A stretch of DNA of 32,000 bases from Acaryochloris thomasi RCC1774 (GCF_003231495.1 NZ_PQWO01000030.1:9522-41521), one strand, 5' to 3'; counted from the stretch's first letter, positions 17,629 to 26,837 are shown. Notes: generated by a model from the letters alone, not told the origin. Translations and numbers: made by a program.

Positions 17629-17892
17629 ATGGAGACAGCAGGTATGGCCGCATCACTCGAAGGTCTAACGGAGTCCCTAGAAGCGTTGTATCCTCACCTG
17701 GCCCGTTGGATTCTGGAGCAGGAGGGGACAATCGAGCTGGGTTGCGACGAAGACAACCCCAGTGATTCTATGGTGCGGGTGTTTGACAACAGCGGTCTCC
17801 TTTGGGAGAGCCAGGACGCCTATGAGTCATTAGATGACTTGTTCGATGATCTGGAGTCTGTACTCGAAGACGAATTTGAAGATGTTGAATAG
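17629..17892 (+). CDS. Hypothetical, extremely acidic 87-aa protein
   Basis: ATG-initiated ORF, divergent from the AAA+ gene across a 122-nt spacer. By my count it has 26 Asp/Glu, 2 Arg and no Lys. The C-terminal LDDLFDDLESVLEDEFEDVE is acidic and amphipathic. I recognise no family. Confidence 0.45.
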   Translation: METAGMAASLEGLTESLEALYPHLARWILEQEGTIELGCDEDNPSDSMVRVFDNSGLLWESQDAYESLDDLFDDLESVLEDEFEDVE

Positions 17893-18030
17893 TCTTCAGA
17901 AAAGATCTCTGACAATCCAGGATCGTTCTGTTTTTGATCTTCCTAGCAGAGGTGGCTGGGAAGACCATGCATTTCGTTTATATAAACGGCAGCAGCTGTA
18001 TCGTTTTGTGACTGGTTGCTGCAAAGAGGG

Positions 18031-18741
18031 TTAGGGCCATCCTATATTGTTCTTTTCTCGGCGTTCAGCAACGACTCGTTCTGGAAAATTGGTAAATAGA
18101 CCCTCAACGCCTAACGCTTTCATCCGATGGATCTGCTGGGGGTGATTAACGGTATAGGCAAAAATTTTTAGCCCTTGTGCGTAGGCTTCATCGACCCACT
18201 GCCGATCGATTTTCTTTGCTGCAGGATGGATCGCATAGGCTCCTAGATGGGTTGCGAATCTGCTTCCTTCCTGCAGCGGTTCTCTGGTGAGGACGCCAAT
18301 CTGTAGGTCAGGGTCCAGCCGTTTAACCTTGACGAGTGCCTGGTGGTCGAAGGATGAAACTAAAAAGAGCTTTTTACTCCATCCCTGTTTGACTTGGGCG
18401 GTAATGAATTCGACAACGGGGACTGCGGTTCCCGGCCCCTTGAGTTCAACGTTGAGTCCAGCGCGGTTCTGGATTGTTTGGCAGGCTTCGGTCAGCGTGG
18501 GAATCTGTTCGCCATTGCCTGCATCCAATGTTCGTAAATAGTCAAAGGTGTGGTCCCAAATAAAGCCAGAACCGTTAGTCGTCCGCTCTAAGCGCTGATC
18601 ATGGAACACCATCAGGTGGCCCTCAACGATGTATACGTCAACCTCAATGCAGTCGGCTCCTAGTTCTAAGGCTTTTTGGATGGATGCGATCGTGTTCTCC
18701 GGGGCGTGTCCCATCGCCCCTCGATGTCCTATGCAGAGCAT
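18031..18741 (-). CDS. Glycerophosphodiester phosphodiesterase (GDPD family)
   Basis: 236 aa. The N-terminal GDPD signature is IGHRGAMGHAPENTIASIQKALELGADCIEVDV. The later LNVELK and FAYTVN segments are also typical. Confidence 0.85.
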   Translation of the reverse strand: MLCIGHRGAMGHAPENTIASIQKALELGADCIEVDVYIVEGHLMVFHDQRLERTTNGSGFIWDHTFDYLRTLDAGNGEQIPTLTEACQTIQNRAGLNVELKGPGTAVPVVEFITAQVKQGWSKKLFLVSSFDHQALVKVKRLDPDLQIGVLTREPLQEGSRFATHLGAYAIHPAAKKIDRQWVDEAYAQGLKIFAYTVNHPQQIHRMKALGVEGLFTNFPERVVAERREKNNIGWP

Positions 18742-18851
18742 ATTCGCTCTCCCTGCTGTCTCCCCCCTCGCCTAAGGTTGGGAGAGGGGCTGGGGGTGAG
18801 GGCCATATGAGTCATTCGCCACTGCGTGATCTTTAGTTCAACTACGCCTAT

Positions 18852-19265
18852 CTACTTAGAAGCGTTCGAAATAACGCTCTTATCTTCATCTTCCTGTTTT
18901 TCCTCAGGATTTAGCAAATTACCGGCCCAGTCATAGAACTCCCCTGCGGTCCAGCCGTGGATGCTGCTGCTGTAGACGTTGTACCAGGTGAAGCCACCTG
19001 ACTTGAAACCATTTCTTTTGTTTTCGATCACGACCATACATTGGCCTTTCTGAATCCGTCCTAAGACTTTCCGTTTTTCTGGAGGATTGGCTTGCAAGGT
19101 CTTGAGCGGATCGGTATTGGGTTCAATCTTGACGCCTGCTCGGATTTCAACGGCACTGTTGCGGGGGCAAATGTAATCCCCTGTCTTGAAGGGTAGCGCA
19201 AAGGCTGGGGAGGGCAAAAGAGCGACTAGAAGTGAGAGGAGAACCGTTCTGCTGTTCATCATCAA
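18852..19265 (-). CDS. Secreted small protein, possibly bacterial SH3-like
   Basis: 137 aa. The signal peptide is MMMNSRTVLLSLLVALLPSPAFA|LP. The core VLGRIQKGQCMVVIENK...WYNVYSSSIHGWTAGEF resembles SH3b topology (weak, by eye). The tail is acidic. Confidence 0.45.
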   Translation of the reverse strand: MMMNSRTVLLSLLVALLPSPAFALPFKTGDYICPRNSAVEIRAGVKIEPNTDPLKTLQANPPEKRKVLGRIQKGQCMVVIENKRNGFKSGGFTWYNVYSSSIHGWTAGEFYDWAGNLLNPEEKQEDEDKSVISNASK

Positions 19266-19283
19266 GAACCTTTGAAAGTTGGA

Positions 19284-20423
19284 ATGCTAAGGGGAAAATT
19301 AGCAACGCATTTTCCTTATAATTGGCCTTTCTTAGAAGAAATACAACATGCTACTGTTCTCATCTCGCATCTGGCGGCTATGACGTTGAATATACCTTTA
19401 CCGGTCTGGGAGGCAGCCGTGTTCTTGGCCCTAGCCGTTGCCGTTTGGCAGGTGCCTAAATGGCAAACAAAAACCTTTACTGAAGAACTAGAGCCTAAGG
19501 ACCGCGCCAATCTTGAAGATGCTAATCGCCGGACGTTTATTCAGTTTCTGGGGGGCCTGTTTTTCTTTGTCACGGCCTATCTCTCTTGGCGCAACCTACA
19601 AACAGCAGAAGATAAAGAGGTTAACGATCGCTTCAGTAAAGCCGTTGAACTGCTGGGGGATGATCGTTTAGAAGTCCGGCTTGGAGGGATTTATCTGCTA
19701 GAGCGGATTGCCAAAGATTCCGCCCGAGATCACTGGACCGTGATGGAGGTTTTAACTTCCTATATTCGCGAGAAGTCGCCAGTGACTGCGCGATCAGAAA
19801 TACTGAAAACCGATATCCAGGCTGCCCTGACGGTGATTGGTCGCCGGAATGTGAACAATGACTCACGGACTAAGCGGCTCGATTTGCGGGACGTGAATTT
19901 GATCGGGGCTGATTTGTCTGAAGCTAATTTTGATAGTGCAAACTTGAGTGGCTCCGAGCTTAGCGATGCCACCTTGGAGCGCGTCACGTTGAGAGGAGCT
20001 AACCTGAACCAAGTTCGGCTGGCAGATTCTAACTTTGTAGGCTCAATACTTAATGAGGCCGATTTAAATGGGGCTATTTTGAGGGGGGCTAACTTTGCCC
20101 AAGCGAGTCTGATTGGGGCCGTGTTGCTGCAGGCAAACTTGAGGGAAGCCTCTTTTGATAAGGCCAGCCTAGGCAAGGCTAATCTAATCGAAGCTCAGCT
20201 TCAGCAGGCTTCTTTTGTTGGGGCGAATCTGGGAGCTGCGAATTTGATCGGGGCTGATTTTACCGATACGTCTCTGATTAAAGCTAATTTGGCCCGTTCA
20301 GACCTGCGATCTGCCACGAATCTATTACCGGAACAGATTCAGATGGCGAGTCAATGGGAGGCGGCTGTCTATGATGTGGAGCTTCAAGAGCAGCTGGGGC
20401 TAAATGTGATGTCTGATCCTTAG
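19284..20423 (+). CDS. Membrane-anchored pentapeptide-repeat protein
   Basis: The ORF is open from TTG at 19272; ATGs occur at 19284 and 19380. It has two N-terminal TM helices (VWEAAVFLALAVAVW; FIQFLGGLFFFVTAYLSW). Next comes the conserved RLGGIYLLERIAKDSARDHWTVMEVLTSYIRE segment. About 170 aa of A(D/N)LxG-type pentapeptide repeats follow (ADLSEANFDSANLSGSELSDATL...). Confidence 0.85.
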   Translation: MLRGKLATHFPYNWPFLEEIQHATVLISHLAAMTLNIPLPVWEAAVFLALAVAVWQVPKWQTKTFTEELEPKDRANLEDANRRTFIQFLGGLFFFVTAYLSWRNLQTAEDKEVNDRFSKAVELLGDDRLEVRLGGIYLLERIAKDSARDHWTVMEVLTSYIREKSPVTARSEILKTDIQAALTVIGRRNVNNDSRTKRLDLRDVNLIGADLSEANFDSANLSGSELSDATLERVTLRGANLNQVRLADSNFVGSILNEADLNGAILRGANFAQASLIGAVLLQANLREASFDKASLGKANLIEAQLQQASFVGANLGAANLIGADFTDTSLIKANLARSDLRSATNLLPEQIQMASQWEAAVYDVELQEQLGLNVMSDP

Positions 20424-20830
20424 CTGTTATGTTTGCAAAGCAATGAAGAAGCCTCTCGCTGGGGGGCAACGGGAGGCTGTCTAGGGGGGTGTTTTTGCAA
20501 TGACTTCACTGTAGGTGATTGATTTCGCCTCTACAGTGATCTGTATCTATACCCCCTGTGAGATCTTTCTGCGCAAGCGGTGATACTTGTCACGTCGCGA
20601 ATTGCGACACAGCCTTATTTTGACCCACCGCCAAATGCTTCTATTGCTATTGGAAGGTCTAAACAGCCAAGCAGAAACTGGAATCACCTTTGCGTTGACG
20701 CTATTGATTAATGCTAAAAACTCCAGTCCCACGCCGGAACAGCAACAGCGAGATGGCAGAAACCCAGCCAATCATGATCAGAGATAAAAACGTTCGTAAG
20801 CACTGGCTGGGACGGGTCTTACAGCAAGCA

Positions 20831-21718
20831 TCAGGAAGACTGCAGCGTAAAAATTGTCGCTTCCGGGGGACAGAATATCCGCAGCGGAACGATACTCATA
20901 CCGATACCGACGTTGACGTATAGGTTGTTGCCGGGTTTGCCATACCCTTTGGCCCAACCGTCCGCAAACACTTTGTCTCCTTGGGTAAACTTTAGCCACG
21001 ACCACTGAGGCGAACCGGGAAGACGCATCTGGCCACCGTGGGTGTGGCCTGCCACTGCCAGAGGCGCTGCGTTGGCCGGAAACAGCTCAAACGTATCTGG
21101 GTTATGCATCAGAGCTACGGTAGGGCGATTGGCGGGTATTCCCTTCAGGGCCGTGTTGACATCATCCTGGTTCGCCCACAGCGAATCAACGGCTGCTAGG
21201 TACACCGTTTCATTGCTGTTGGGCAGCCGCATCTCGATGGACTCGTTTTCGAGGACCACAATACCGGCTGCTTCTAGCTCTGTTTCTAAGCTGCCCGCTA
21301 GCTTTTCTCCAGGTTTAGCTTTCTTGCTGCTCATCCCGTAGTCGTGATTCCCTAGCACTGCGTAGGTGGGAATGCCTGCTTCAACAAGGGGTCGCACAAT
21401 GCTAACGGCTTCTTCGATCTCGGTGGCGGGGTTGGGGTCCGCGTGGTAAATGAAGTCCCCGCTAATTAGGACTGCTGCTGGCTGAGCATCTATCATTTCC
21501 TGAACGCTGCGATGGGCAGTGCCGGGATTACCGGCCCACATCCCGATCTGGAAGTCTGAAAGCTGTCCGATCTTTTGCCCATTCCACGCTTCTGGCAGGT
21601 CAGGGATAATGGCTACTTCTTCTTCAACAAAGAGCAGGCGGGGTTCGATAAGGCCCCACACTAGCAGTAGGCCCAGGAGTCCTAGTCCCCCGAGCAGAAA
21701 CCATTTTAAGTTCTTCAT
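20831..21718 (-). CDS. Membrane-anchored metallophosphoesterase (calcineurin-like)
   Basis: 295 aa. The N-terminal TM is WFLLGGLGLLGLLLVWGLI. Motifs are LSDFQ (degenerate motif I), SGDFIYH, GNHD and AGHTHGGQ. The start overlaps the upstream gene stop by 4 nt (ATGA at 21718-21715). Confidence 0.85.
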   Translation of the reverse strand: MKNLKWFLLGGLGLLGLLLVWGLIEPRLLFVEEEVAIIPDLPEAWNGQKIGQLSDFQIGMWAGNPGTAHRSVQEMIDAQPAAVLISGDFIYHADPNPATEIEEAVSIVRPLVEAGIPTYAVLGNHDYGMSSKKAKPGEKLAGSLETELEAAGIVVLENESIEMRLPNSNETVYLAAVDSLWANQDDVNTALKGIPANRPTVALMHNPDTFELFPANAAPLAVAGHTHGGQMRLPGSPQWSWLKFTQGDKVFADGWAKGYGKPGNNLYVNVGIGMSIVPLRIFCPPEATIFTLQSS

Positions 21719-22518
21719 TGAGCTTTGGGGTAGAGGGAATCAGCGACAAAAACGGGCTTGTCAGAATATTCAGCCTCTAGTTTCTTTTTGACATCTAAAT
21801 CCCAAGTGAGATCATAGTCCCGCTCAAAGTCAGCGAGGACAAACTTACGAAGCTGTCCAGTGACCGTAACGGTTTCACCATCAAGGGCTTCGGTAATCGG
21901 CGTATTGATCACCAGCAGATCTGTGGCGCCAAAGAGCTGCTCTTCATCTAACGTGAATGAAGTGGGATCGAGTACATCTTCGACTTCGCCCTCAACTGCG
22001 ATCGCAAGATCGTAAAACTTCTCTGGATTTTGCGTAATCTCGCCGGGGTCAGGAGCCAGTGCCAGGGAGTTCGCTAACAGAGCAGGCTTTGTCTCATACT
22101 CAGCGTAGACTTCTGGATCGAGACCTAGATTATAGTCCCGCTCAAGATCAACCAGCACAAAGTTTTGAACCTCTCCAGTGGCCTGGATTGCATAGTCGTC
22201 CTCTTCAGGTAGTAGAAAGGGCTTACCTGAGGTGTTAATCACTAGGATTTCTTCACCGTCATTGTCCAGCGTGAACGAATTCTCACCCACCTGCTTTTCG
22301 ATTTCACTTCTAACGGTGACAGCTTGCCCCTCCACCTTTTCTGTCTGCTCAGCTACCTCTTCGGTCGTGACGTTACTGTCGGCATTGGGGGCTTCATCTG
22401 CCGTCTCACAGGCCGTTATCAACGTTGTAAACAGCAGCAGCACTATTGCAAGGCCGCTTTTGCCAACCGATGGGTAGCGATGAGTCTTGCCTAGGCGATC
22501 GCGCTTCTCAATAGTCAT
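21715..22518 (-). CDS. Hypothetical lipoprotein with an internally duplicated ~95-aa domain
   Basis: The ORF is open to 22584. ATG at 22518 is preceded by GAGGA. The lipobox LFTTLITAC follows a TM-like signal. Two homologous halves end in FVLVDLERDYNLGLDPEVYAEYETKPALLANSL and FVLADFERDYDLTWDLDVKKKLEAEYSDKPVFVADSL. Confidence 0.6.
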   Translation of the reverse strand: MTIEKRDRLGKTHRYPSVGKSGLAIVLLLFTTLITACETADEAPNADSNVTTEEVAEQTEKVEGQAVTVRSEIEKQVGENSFTLDNDGEEILVINTSGKPFLLPEEDDYAIQATGEVQNFVLVDLERDYNLGLDPEVYAEYETKPALLANSLALAPDPGEITQNPEKFYDLAIAVEGEVEDVLDPTSFTLDEEQLFGATDLLVINTPITEALDGETVTVTGQLRKFVLADFERDYDLTWDLDVKKKLEAEYSDKPVFVADSLYPKAQ

Positions 22519-23076
22519 AGAAGATAATCCTCTTTTTACTGATTCAATATCCTGCGTGCTTGAGATGCCCGGCATCATACCCACAGGCTAAATGTGAAAG
22601 TGCCCAGCCGGTTTTGCAAAAGGGCATAAACCGCATCCTAGCCAATGCAAGATCTCTTTCACCTCTATCCCAAGAGTCCAATGTGGCTACTAAAAGTAAC
22701 AGGTTCTCTATCTATATGCTGGCAAGCAAGTCTGTCTAAAGATAGGAGCTTTTTTGCTAAGGCGTTCGTCTGTTGCAAGCGACCGTATCGCAAGAACTGA
22801 GTGCGATCAGCAGTGGTTGTATTCTAGGAAGCCTGCTTCATCTCCCTATACTCAAGTCATGAACCCTAATCGGTGGGTTCACCCCTATGGCCCTGAATTT
22901 GATGAGCGCACTCGCCCACACATCAAGCCCACCAACGATGAGAAAGGAGATGTCAGGGGACAGATCTCTTGCATCAACAAAATCTTTGGAGTGGCAGCAT
23001 AGACTCCAAAAGGGACAGGAGATTCTTGTACCCAGGCTGATTATTTGCGACACAACCCGAATTGTCTCTATCGGCG

Positions 23077-24387
23077 CTATAGAACCCTTAGGACGCTTGG
23101 GATGCTATCGACAGCTTCCAAACTTTTGATTTCGTTTAGAGCTTGTCTAAAGTCACCTTCACGGACGAGGTGAGTGACGACGGCAATTTCTGCAAGGTTA
23201 TCGTTCACGTCAGTTTGTACTAAGGATTCTAGACTTACTTCGTGGTCGCCAAAACAGGTGCCGAGCCTACCAATCACGCCGGGATGGTCTTGGGTGCGAA
23301 TGCGAGCGTAAAAACGTGTCACCAGATCCGCCATTGGGGCAACGTCAAAGTAGCTGTTGTGCGAGCAGGCCAGAAGAGGATGAATGGTCTCAGAGTCAGG
23401 ATTGGCGGCTGTTAGACCTGTTTTCAGCAAGGCCACGATATTGATGGTGTCGGAGACAACGGCGCTGGCGGTGGGACCGGCTCCGGCTCCGGGACCGAAG
23501 AACATCACCTGCCCTAGAGGATCGGCTTCGATCAAGATTGCGTTAAAAGCGTCGTTGACGCTGGCTAGGGGGTGTTCTTCTGGCACTAAAGTAGGGTGAA
23601 CTCTGACTTCTACTTGGTTGTTGTTGTTGTTGGGGGGGAGCTTTGCGATCGCAAGTAATTTAATCACAAACCCCAGCTTTTGAGCATAGGCAATATCCGC
23701 CGCACTCACCTGCCGGATGCCCTCTCGATGGACCTGATCTAACTTCACACGACCGCCAAAGGCTAGGGACGTGAGAATCGCAATTTTATCCCCCGCATCG
23801 AAGCCATCCACGTCTGCAGTGGGATCGGCTTCGGCATAGCCCAGGGCCTGGGCTTCAGCCAAAATATCGTCAAAGTCGCCCCCGGACTGCATTTTAGTGA
23901 GGATATAGTTCGTGGTGCCGTTGAGAATCCCCATCATGGCATGGATGCGGTTAGCCCCTAAGGACTCCTTCAGCGGCTGAATCACAGGGATGCCGCCCGC
24001 AACAGCAGCTTCAAGCATCACGTAGACCCCAGCCTGATTCGCCGCGGTGAAAATTTCGTCCCCAAAGCGAGCGATTACGGCCTTGTTGGCAGTTACCACA
24101 TGCTTGCCGTGGGCAATGGCGTCCAGAATTAAGGTGCGGGCTGGTTCTAGGCCCCCAATCACCTCAATCACGATATCCACATCAGGATCGGAAACAATTG
24201 CGGCCAGATCTGTCGTCAATGTATGGGAAGGTAGCTCAAGGTCACGGGGTTTATCGAGCGATCGCACCCCCACGCGAGCCAGTTCAACTGCCTGCAGCAG
24301 CGGATGGCGACCTTCCGGCGACTGAAGAATTTTCCCCACGCCCGTGCCCACTGTTCCTAAACCGAGTAAGCCGACTTTGAAACCCAC
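23077..24387 (-). CDS. hom: Homoserine dehydrogenase with C-terminal ACT domain
   Basis: 436 aa, GTG start. The Rossmann N-terminus is KVGLLGLGTVGTGVGKIL. The catalytic core is VVTANKAVIA...GILNGTTNYILT...GYAEADPTADVDGFDAGDKIAIL. The ACT-like tail is RFYARIRTQDHPGVIGRLGTCFGDHEVSLESL. Confidence 0.92.
   Translation of the reverse strand: MGFKVGLLGLGTVGTGVGKILQSPEGRHPLLQAVELARVGVRSLDKPRDLELPSHTLTTDLAAIVSDPDVDIVIEVIGGLEPARTLILDAIAHGKHVVTANKAVIARFGDEIFTAANQAGVYVMLEAAVAGGIPVIQPLKESLGANRIHAMMGILNGTTNYILTKMQSGGDFDDILAEAQALGYAEADPTADVDGFDAGDKIAILTSLAFGGRVKLDQVHREGIRQVSAADIAYAQKLGFVIKLLAIAKLPPNNNNNQVEVRVHPTLVPEEHPLASVNDAFNAILIEADPLGQVMFFGPGAGAGPTASAVVSDTINIVALLKTGLTAANPDSETIHPLLACSHNSYFDVAPMADLVTRFYARIRTQDHPGVIGRLGTCFGDHEVSLESLVQTDVNDNLAEIAVVTHLVREGDFRQALNEIKSLEAVDSIPSVLRVL
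23617..23638. repeat. (GTT)5 followed by G7 on the plus strand; reads CCCCCCC(AAC)5 in the hom sense strand
   Basis: gttgttgttgttgtt at 23617-23631, then ggggggg at 23632-23638. In hom this encodes ...LPPNNNNNQ.... Confidence 0.9.
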
Positions 24388-24560
24388 AATATTAGTCCTG
24401 AACGATATGCCTCCTCATTGTGACATTCTCTTTCGTCAATGGAGCAGGCCATTTCAACCCGGTTAGGGTTTCAGACGGTGACTTTCATGGGTATGATCTC
24501 TAAAGAATTTGGCGTTGTCCATCGAACTTCTCGTTTGTGGGCGCATTAAGGAGTATTTAA

Positions 24561-25862
24561 GTGCTAATTAGACGCTGCCCCCAAGCGATTGCTGCAGTTT
24601 TTCTAACCAGTTTGGTGACGGGGTGTCCCGTGCTGCAGCAGGCCAACCCTTCTAAAGCACAGCAGCCGGTCGCTAACCCATCGAAGCCACCTGCAGCGCA
24701 GCCGGTAGCCCCCCAGCCTGCTTCCCAGAAGCCGACTGCTCGACCCTATGGGCCGGTGCCGATTGAACTGCCGTTGCTGACTCAGCCTCCATTGCCGGGG
24801 CCACCGCCGACACCGGCTCAAATCCCTCCTTATTCCGTTATTAATGAACAGTACCAACCTTCCTTTAATGTCAAAGGCCAGCAGCTATTCGCCAATGGCG
24901 AACTTCCCGACACAGCCGTAGATTTCAACGAGCGAGATCTCTATTCGGTTATTTACAACGTGCGGCGCTACTTTGCTACCTCTGCTCAGGCGGACCCCGA
25001 CATTCTACGAGAGGGGATTCTAGGAACCCAGGGCGTGACCGTGGCGGACACCCTGAAGACCCTGGATTTCATGCTGGTGGTGCTCTACGAAGATCTGATG
25101 AACCAGCGTCCAACGCGGCTTAAGGATCCCAGCTTCATCAATGCCAACTTCAAGGTGATTAAATGGAAGCCCTACAATCCTAAAAGCCCGCAGCAAAATC
25201 AGCTCAGGATTACCAAGTATGCGGTGTTCAGCCACCAAGGGTCTCGAACGCCGACGGCGCAGTTTAATACGCCACTCTATCGCCTAGAAGATCAGTTCAC
25301 GGCGGATAAGTTTTATAAAAAGTATACGAAGCAGCAGGTTTTATCAGGTGTATACAATGCCGGTCAGCCGGAGGCGGGTAAAGCAAAGCCCATTGCCTAC
25401 CTCTCCCGCGAGGGGCTAGAGGATGCGCTGCTGCAGGGGACGGTTTTAATCAAGTTTCCTGATGGTGGCTCGGCGTTCTTTAATGTGGATCGCAACAACG
25501 GGATTCCCTATGCTAAGGGCATCAAGCAGAGATCGCAAAAGCGTTACTGGTACTTCAAAGAGGTCGATGCGATTAAGGGCTACGGCGGCGAAAATGCGGC
25601 GAAAATTCCGGTGAAGCCGGGAGTAACCTTTGCGGGCGATATTCTCAATATCGGCCTGGGCAAGATCATTGTGATTGAGGAAGGGCAGGGGGAGAAAAAG
25701 CAGTTGAGGTTAGGTGCGATCGCAGACACTGGCGGGGCCTTCCTACCGAACCTACATCAGCTTGATTTCTTAGCGGGCATTTTTCAGACCAAGGCTGACT
25801 TTAACGGTTACATCAGTCAACAGCAAGACTATGCCGGTGCCTATATTCTAGTGAAGCGCTAG
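24561..25862 (+). CDS. MltA-family (GH102-like) lytic murein transglycosylase lipoprotein with Pro-rich linker
   Basis: 433 aa, GTG start. The lipobox is LTSLVTGC. A Pro/Gln-rich stretch follows (QPVANPSKPPAAQPVAPQP...PPLPGPPPTP). The C-terminal 3D-domain-like motif is LGAIADTGGAFLPNLHQLDFLAGIF...GAYILVKR (DTGGA...D.F.G). The central part FNTPLYRLED fits the MltA core. Confidence 0.6.
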   Translation: MLIRRCPQAIAAVFLTSLVTGCPVLQQANPSKAQQPVANPSKPPAAQPVAPQPASQKPTARPYGPVPIELPLLTQPPLPGPPPTPAQIPPYSVINEQYQPSFNVKGQQLFANGELPDTAVDFNERDLYSVIYNVRRYFATSAQADPDILREGILGTQGVTVADTLKTLDFMLVVLYEDLMNQRPTRLKDPSFINANFKVIKWKPYNPKSPQQNQLRITKYAVFSHQGSRTPTAQFNTPLYRLEDQFTADKFYKKYTKQQVLSGVYNAGQPEAGKAKPIAYLSREGLEDALLQGTVLIKFPDGGSAFFNVDRNNGIPYAKGIKQRSQKRYWYFKEVDAIKGYGGENAAKIPVKPGVTFAGDILNIGLGKIIVIEEGQGEKKQLRLGAIADTGGAFLPNLHQLDFLAGIFQTKADFNGYISQQQDYAGAYILVKR

Positions 25863-25889
25863 TTATCCGCTCTTCAATCCGGCACTATA

Positions 25890-26831
25890 ATGGATTTCTT
25901 ACTGGTCCTGTTGGCCTCTGTGTTCTTCTGTTTTCAGAACGTCATCGTCAGAGTTTTATTCAACGAATACACCGTTGCTGGAGTGGTGCAAACCGGTGGT
26001 TTTGTGACGGCGACTCTCCCCAACTCTTTCCTGCTGATGGCGATGCGGATGTTGTTGGTGGTGCCGCTGATGTCAGCCTTAGCGCCAGCCCTTCATCCTA
26101 CCGTTTGGGCTGATCTCGGTGGACTCTGTCGTCCTCAGCAGCGTCGGTATTTGATGCGATCGCTCCTCGGCGGCGCATCTATGTATATCTATTTGGCATT
26201 GTTGTATATTGCGATCGGCTTAATCCCCACCGGAATCGCGCTGACCCTATTTTTTGTTTTTCCAGTGTTTACCGCCCTGCTCTCTTGGCGGTTTTTCGGT
26301 GATGTCCCGACCTCTTTTCGCTGGGGAATGATGGGTTTAGCGCTGCTGGGCAGTGGGTTGACCATTCCTCAGAACGGTCTGGCTACCAGTGGTCTTGGCG
26401 TTGGCCTTGCGATCGCATCAGGGCTAGCCTATGGCCTTTACACCGTGATTGCCCAAAAAAGCTTCGATCACATCCATCCGGTTACCTTTACCTGGATTAG
26501 CTTTGCCGTGACGCTTATTTTGTCCGGTATCAGCCTGTTATTCTGGTCGGCACCAGAAACTGCGATTGAGTGGGGGCCGCTGTGGATTGGGGGACTTTTG
26601 TCTGCGATCGCAACCTCTGGCGGTCACCTGCTGTATAACTCCGGCATTCGCCAGGTGGGTGCCACCTCTGCCTCAATTATTGGCTCCACAAATCCAGCGC
26701 TTACCGTCGTGCTGGCATGGCTGATGATTCAAGAGACCCTCAGCTTTGTTCAGCTCGCAGGTGTTGCCCTCGTGACCCTCAGCGTTGCTCTCCTCAGTCA
26801 GGAAAGGCGTTCATCGCCGCGAGTAAAATAG
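25890..26831 (+). CDS. DMT-superfamily (EamA-like) transporter
   Basis: 313 aa, roughly 10 hydrophobic helices in two halves. The second half (GLAIASGLAYGLYTVIAQK ... GATSASIIGSTNPALTVVLAWLMIQE) is typical of EamA repeats. Confidence 0.75.
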   Translation: MDFLLVLLASVFFCFQNVIVRVLFNEYTVAGVVQTGGFVTATLPNSFLLMAMRMLLVVPLMSALAPALHPTVWADLGGLCRPQQRRYLMRSLLGGASMYIYLALLYIAIGLIPTGIALTLFFVFPVFTALLSWRFFGDVPTSFRWGMMGLALLGSGLTIPQNGLATSGLGVGLAIASGLAYGLYTVIAQKSFDHIHPVTFTWISFAVTLILSGISLLFWSAPETAIEWGPLWIGGLLSAIATSGGHLLYNSGIRQVGATSASIIGSTNPALTVVLAWLMIQETLSFVQLAGVALVTLSVALLSQERRSSPRVK

Positions 26832-26837
26832 GCCAAT

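Noticed and set aside
18747-18802. Pyrimidine-rich then purine-rich motif (ctctccctgctgtctcccccctcgcc ... gggagaggggctgggggtgaggg) resembling a dispersed cyanobacterial intergenic repeat or hairpin
   Set aside because: The two arms are not reverse complements of each other when checked base by base, so there is no hairpin. There is only one copy in the window, so a repeat-family claim cannot be supported here.
20547-20787. Mutually antisense ORFs (74 aa minus, 66 aa plus) in the convergent spacer between the pentapeptide and phosphoesterase genes
   Set aside because: Neither has a recognisable motif, a good start context or plausible composition. The region more likely holds terminators, e.g. 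the 8-bp-stem hairpin cactgtag...ctacagtg at ~20507-20538.
22754-23053. 82-aa (+) and 71-aa (-) ORFs in the ~490-nt gap between hom and the lipoprotein gene
   Set aside because: The plus ORF has a TTG start. Both ORFs overlap each other antisense and lack a recognisable family or Shine-Dalgarno sequence. The gap is unusually long, but I cannot support a gene or RNA in it.
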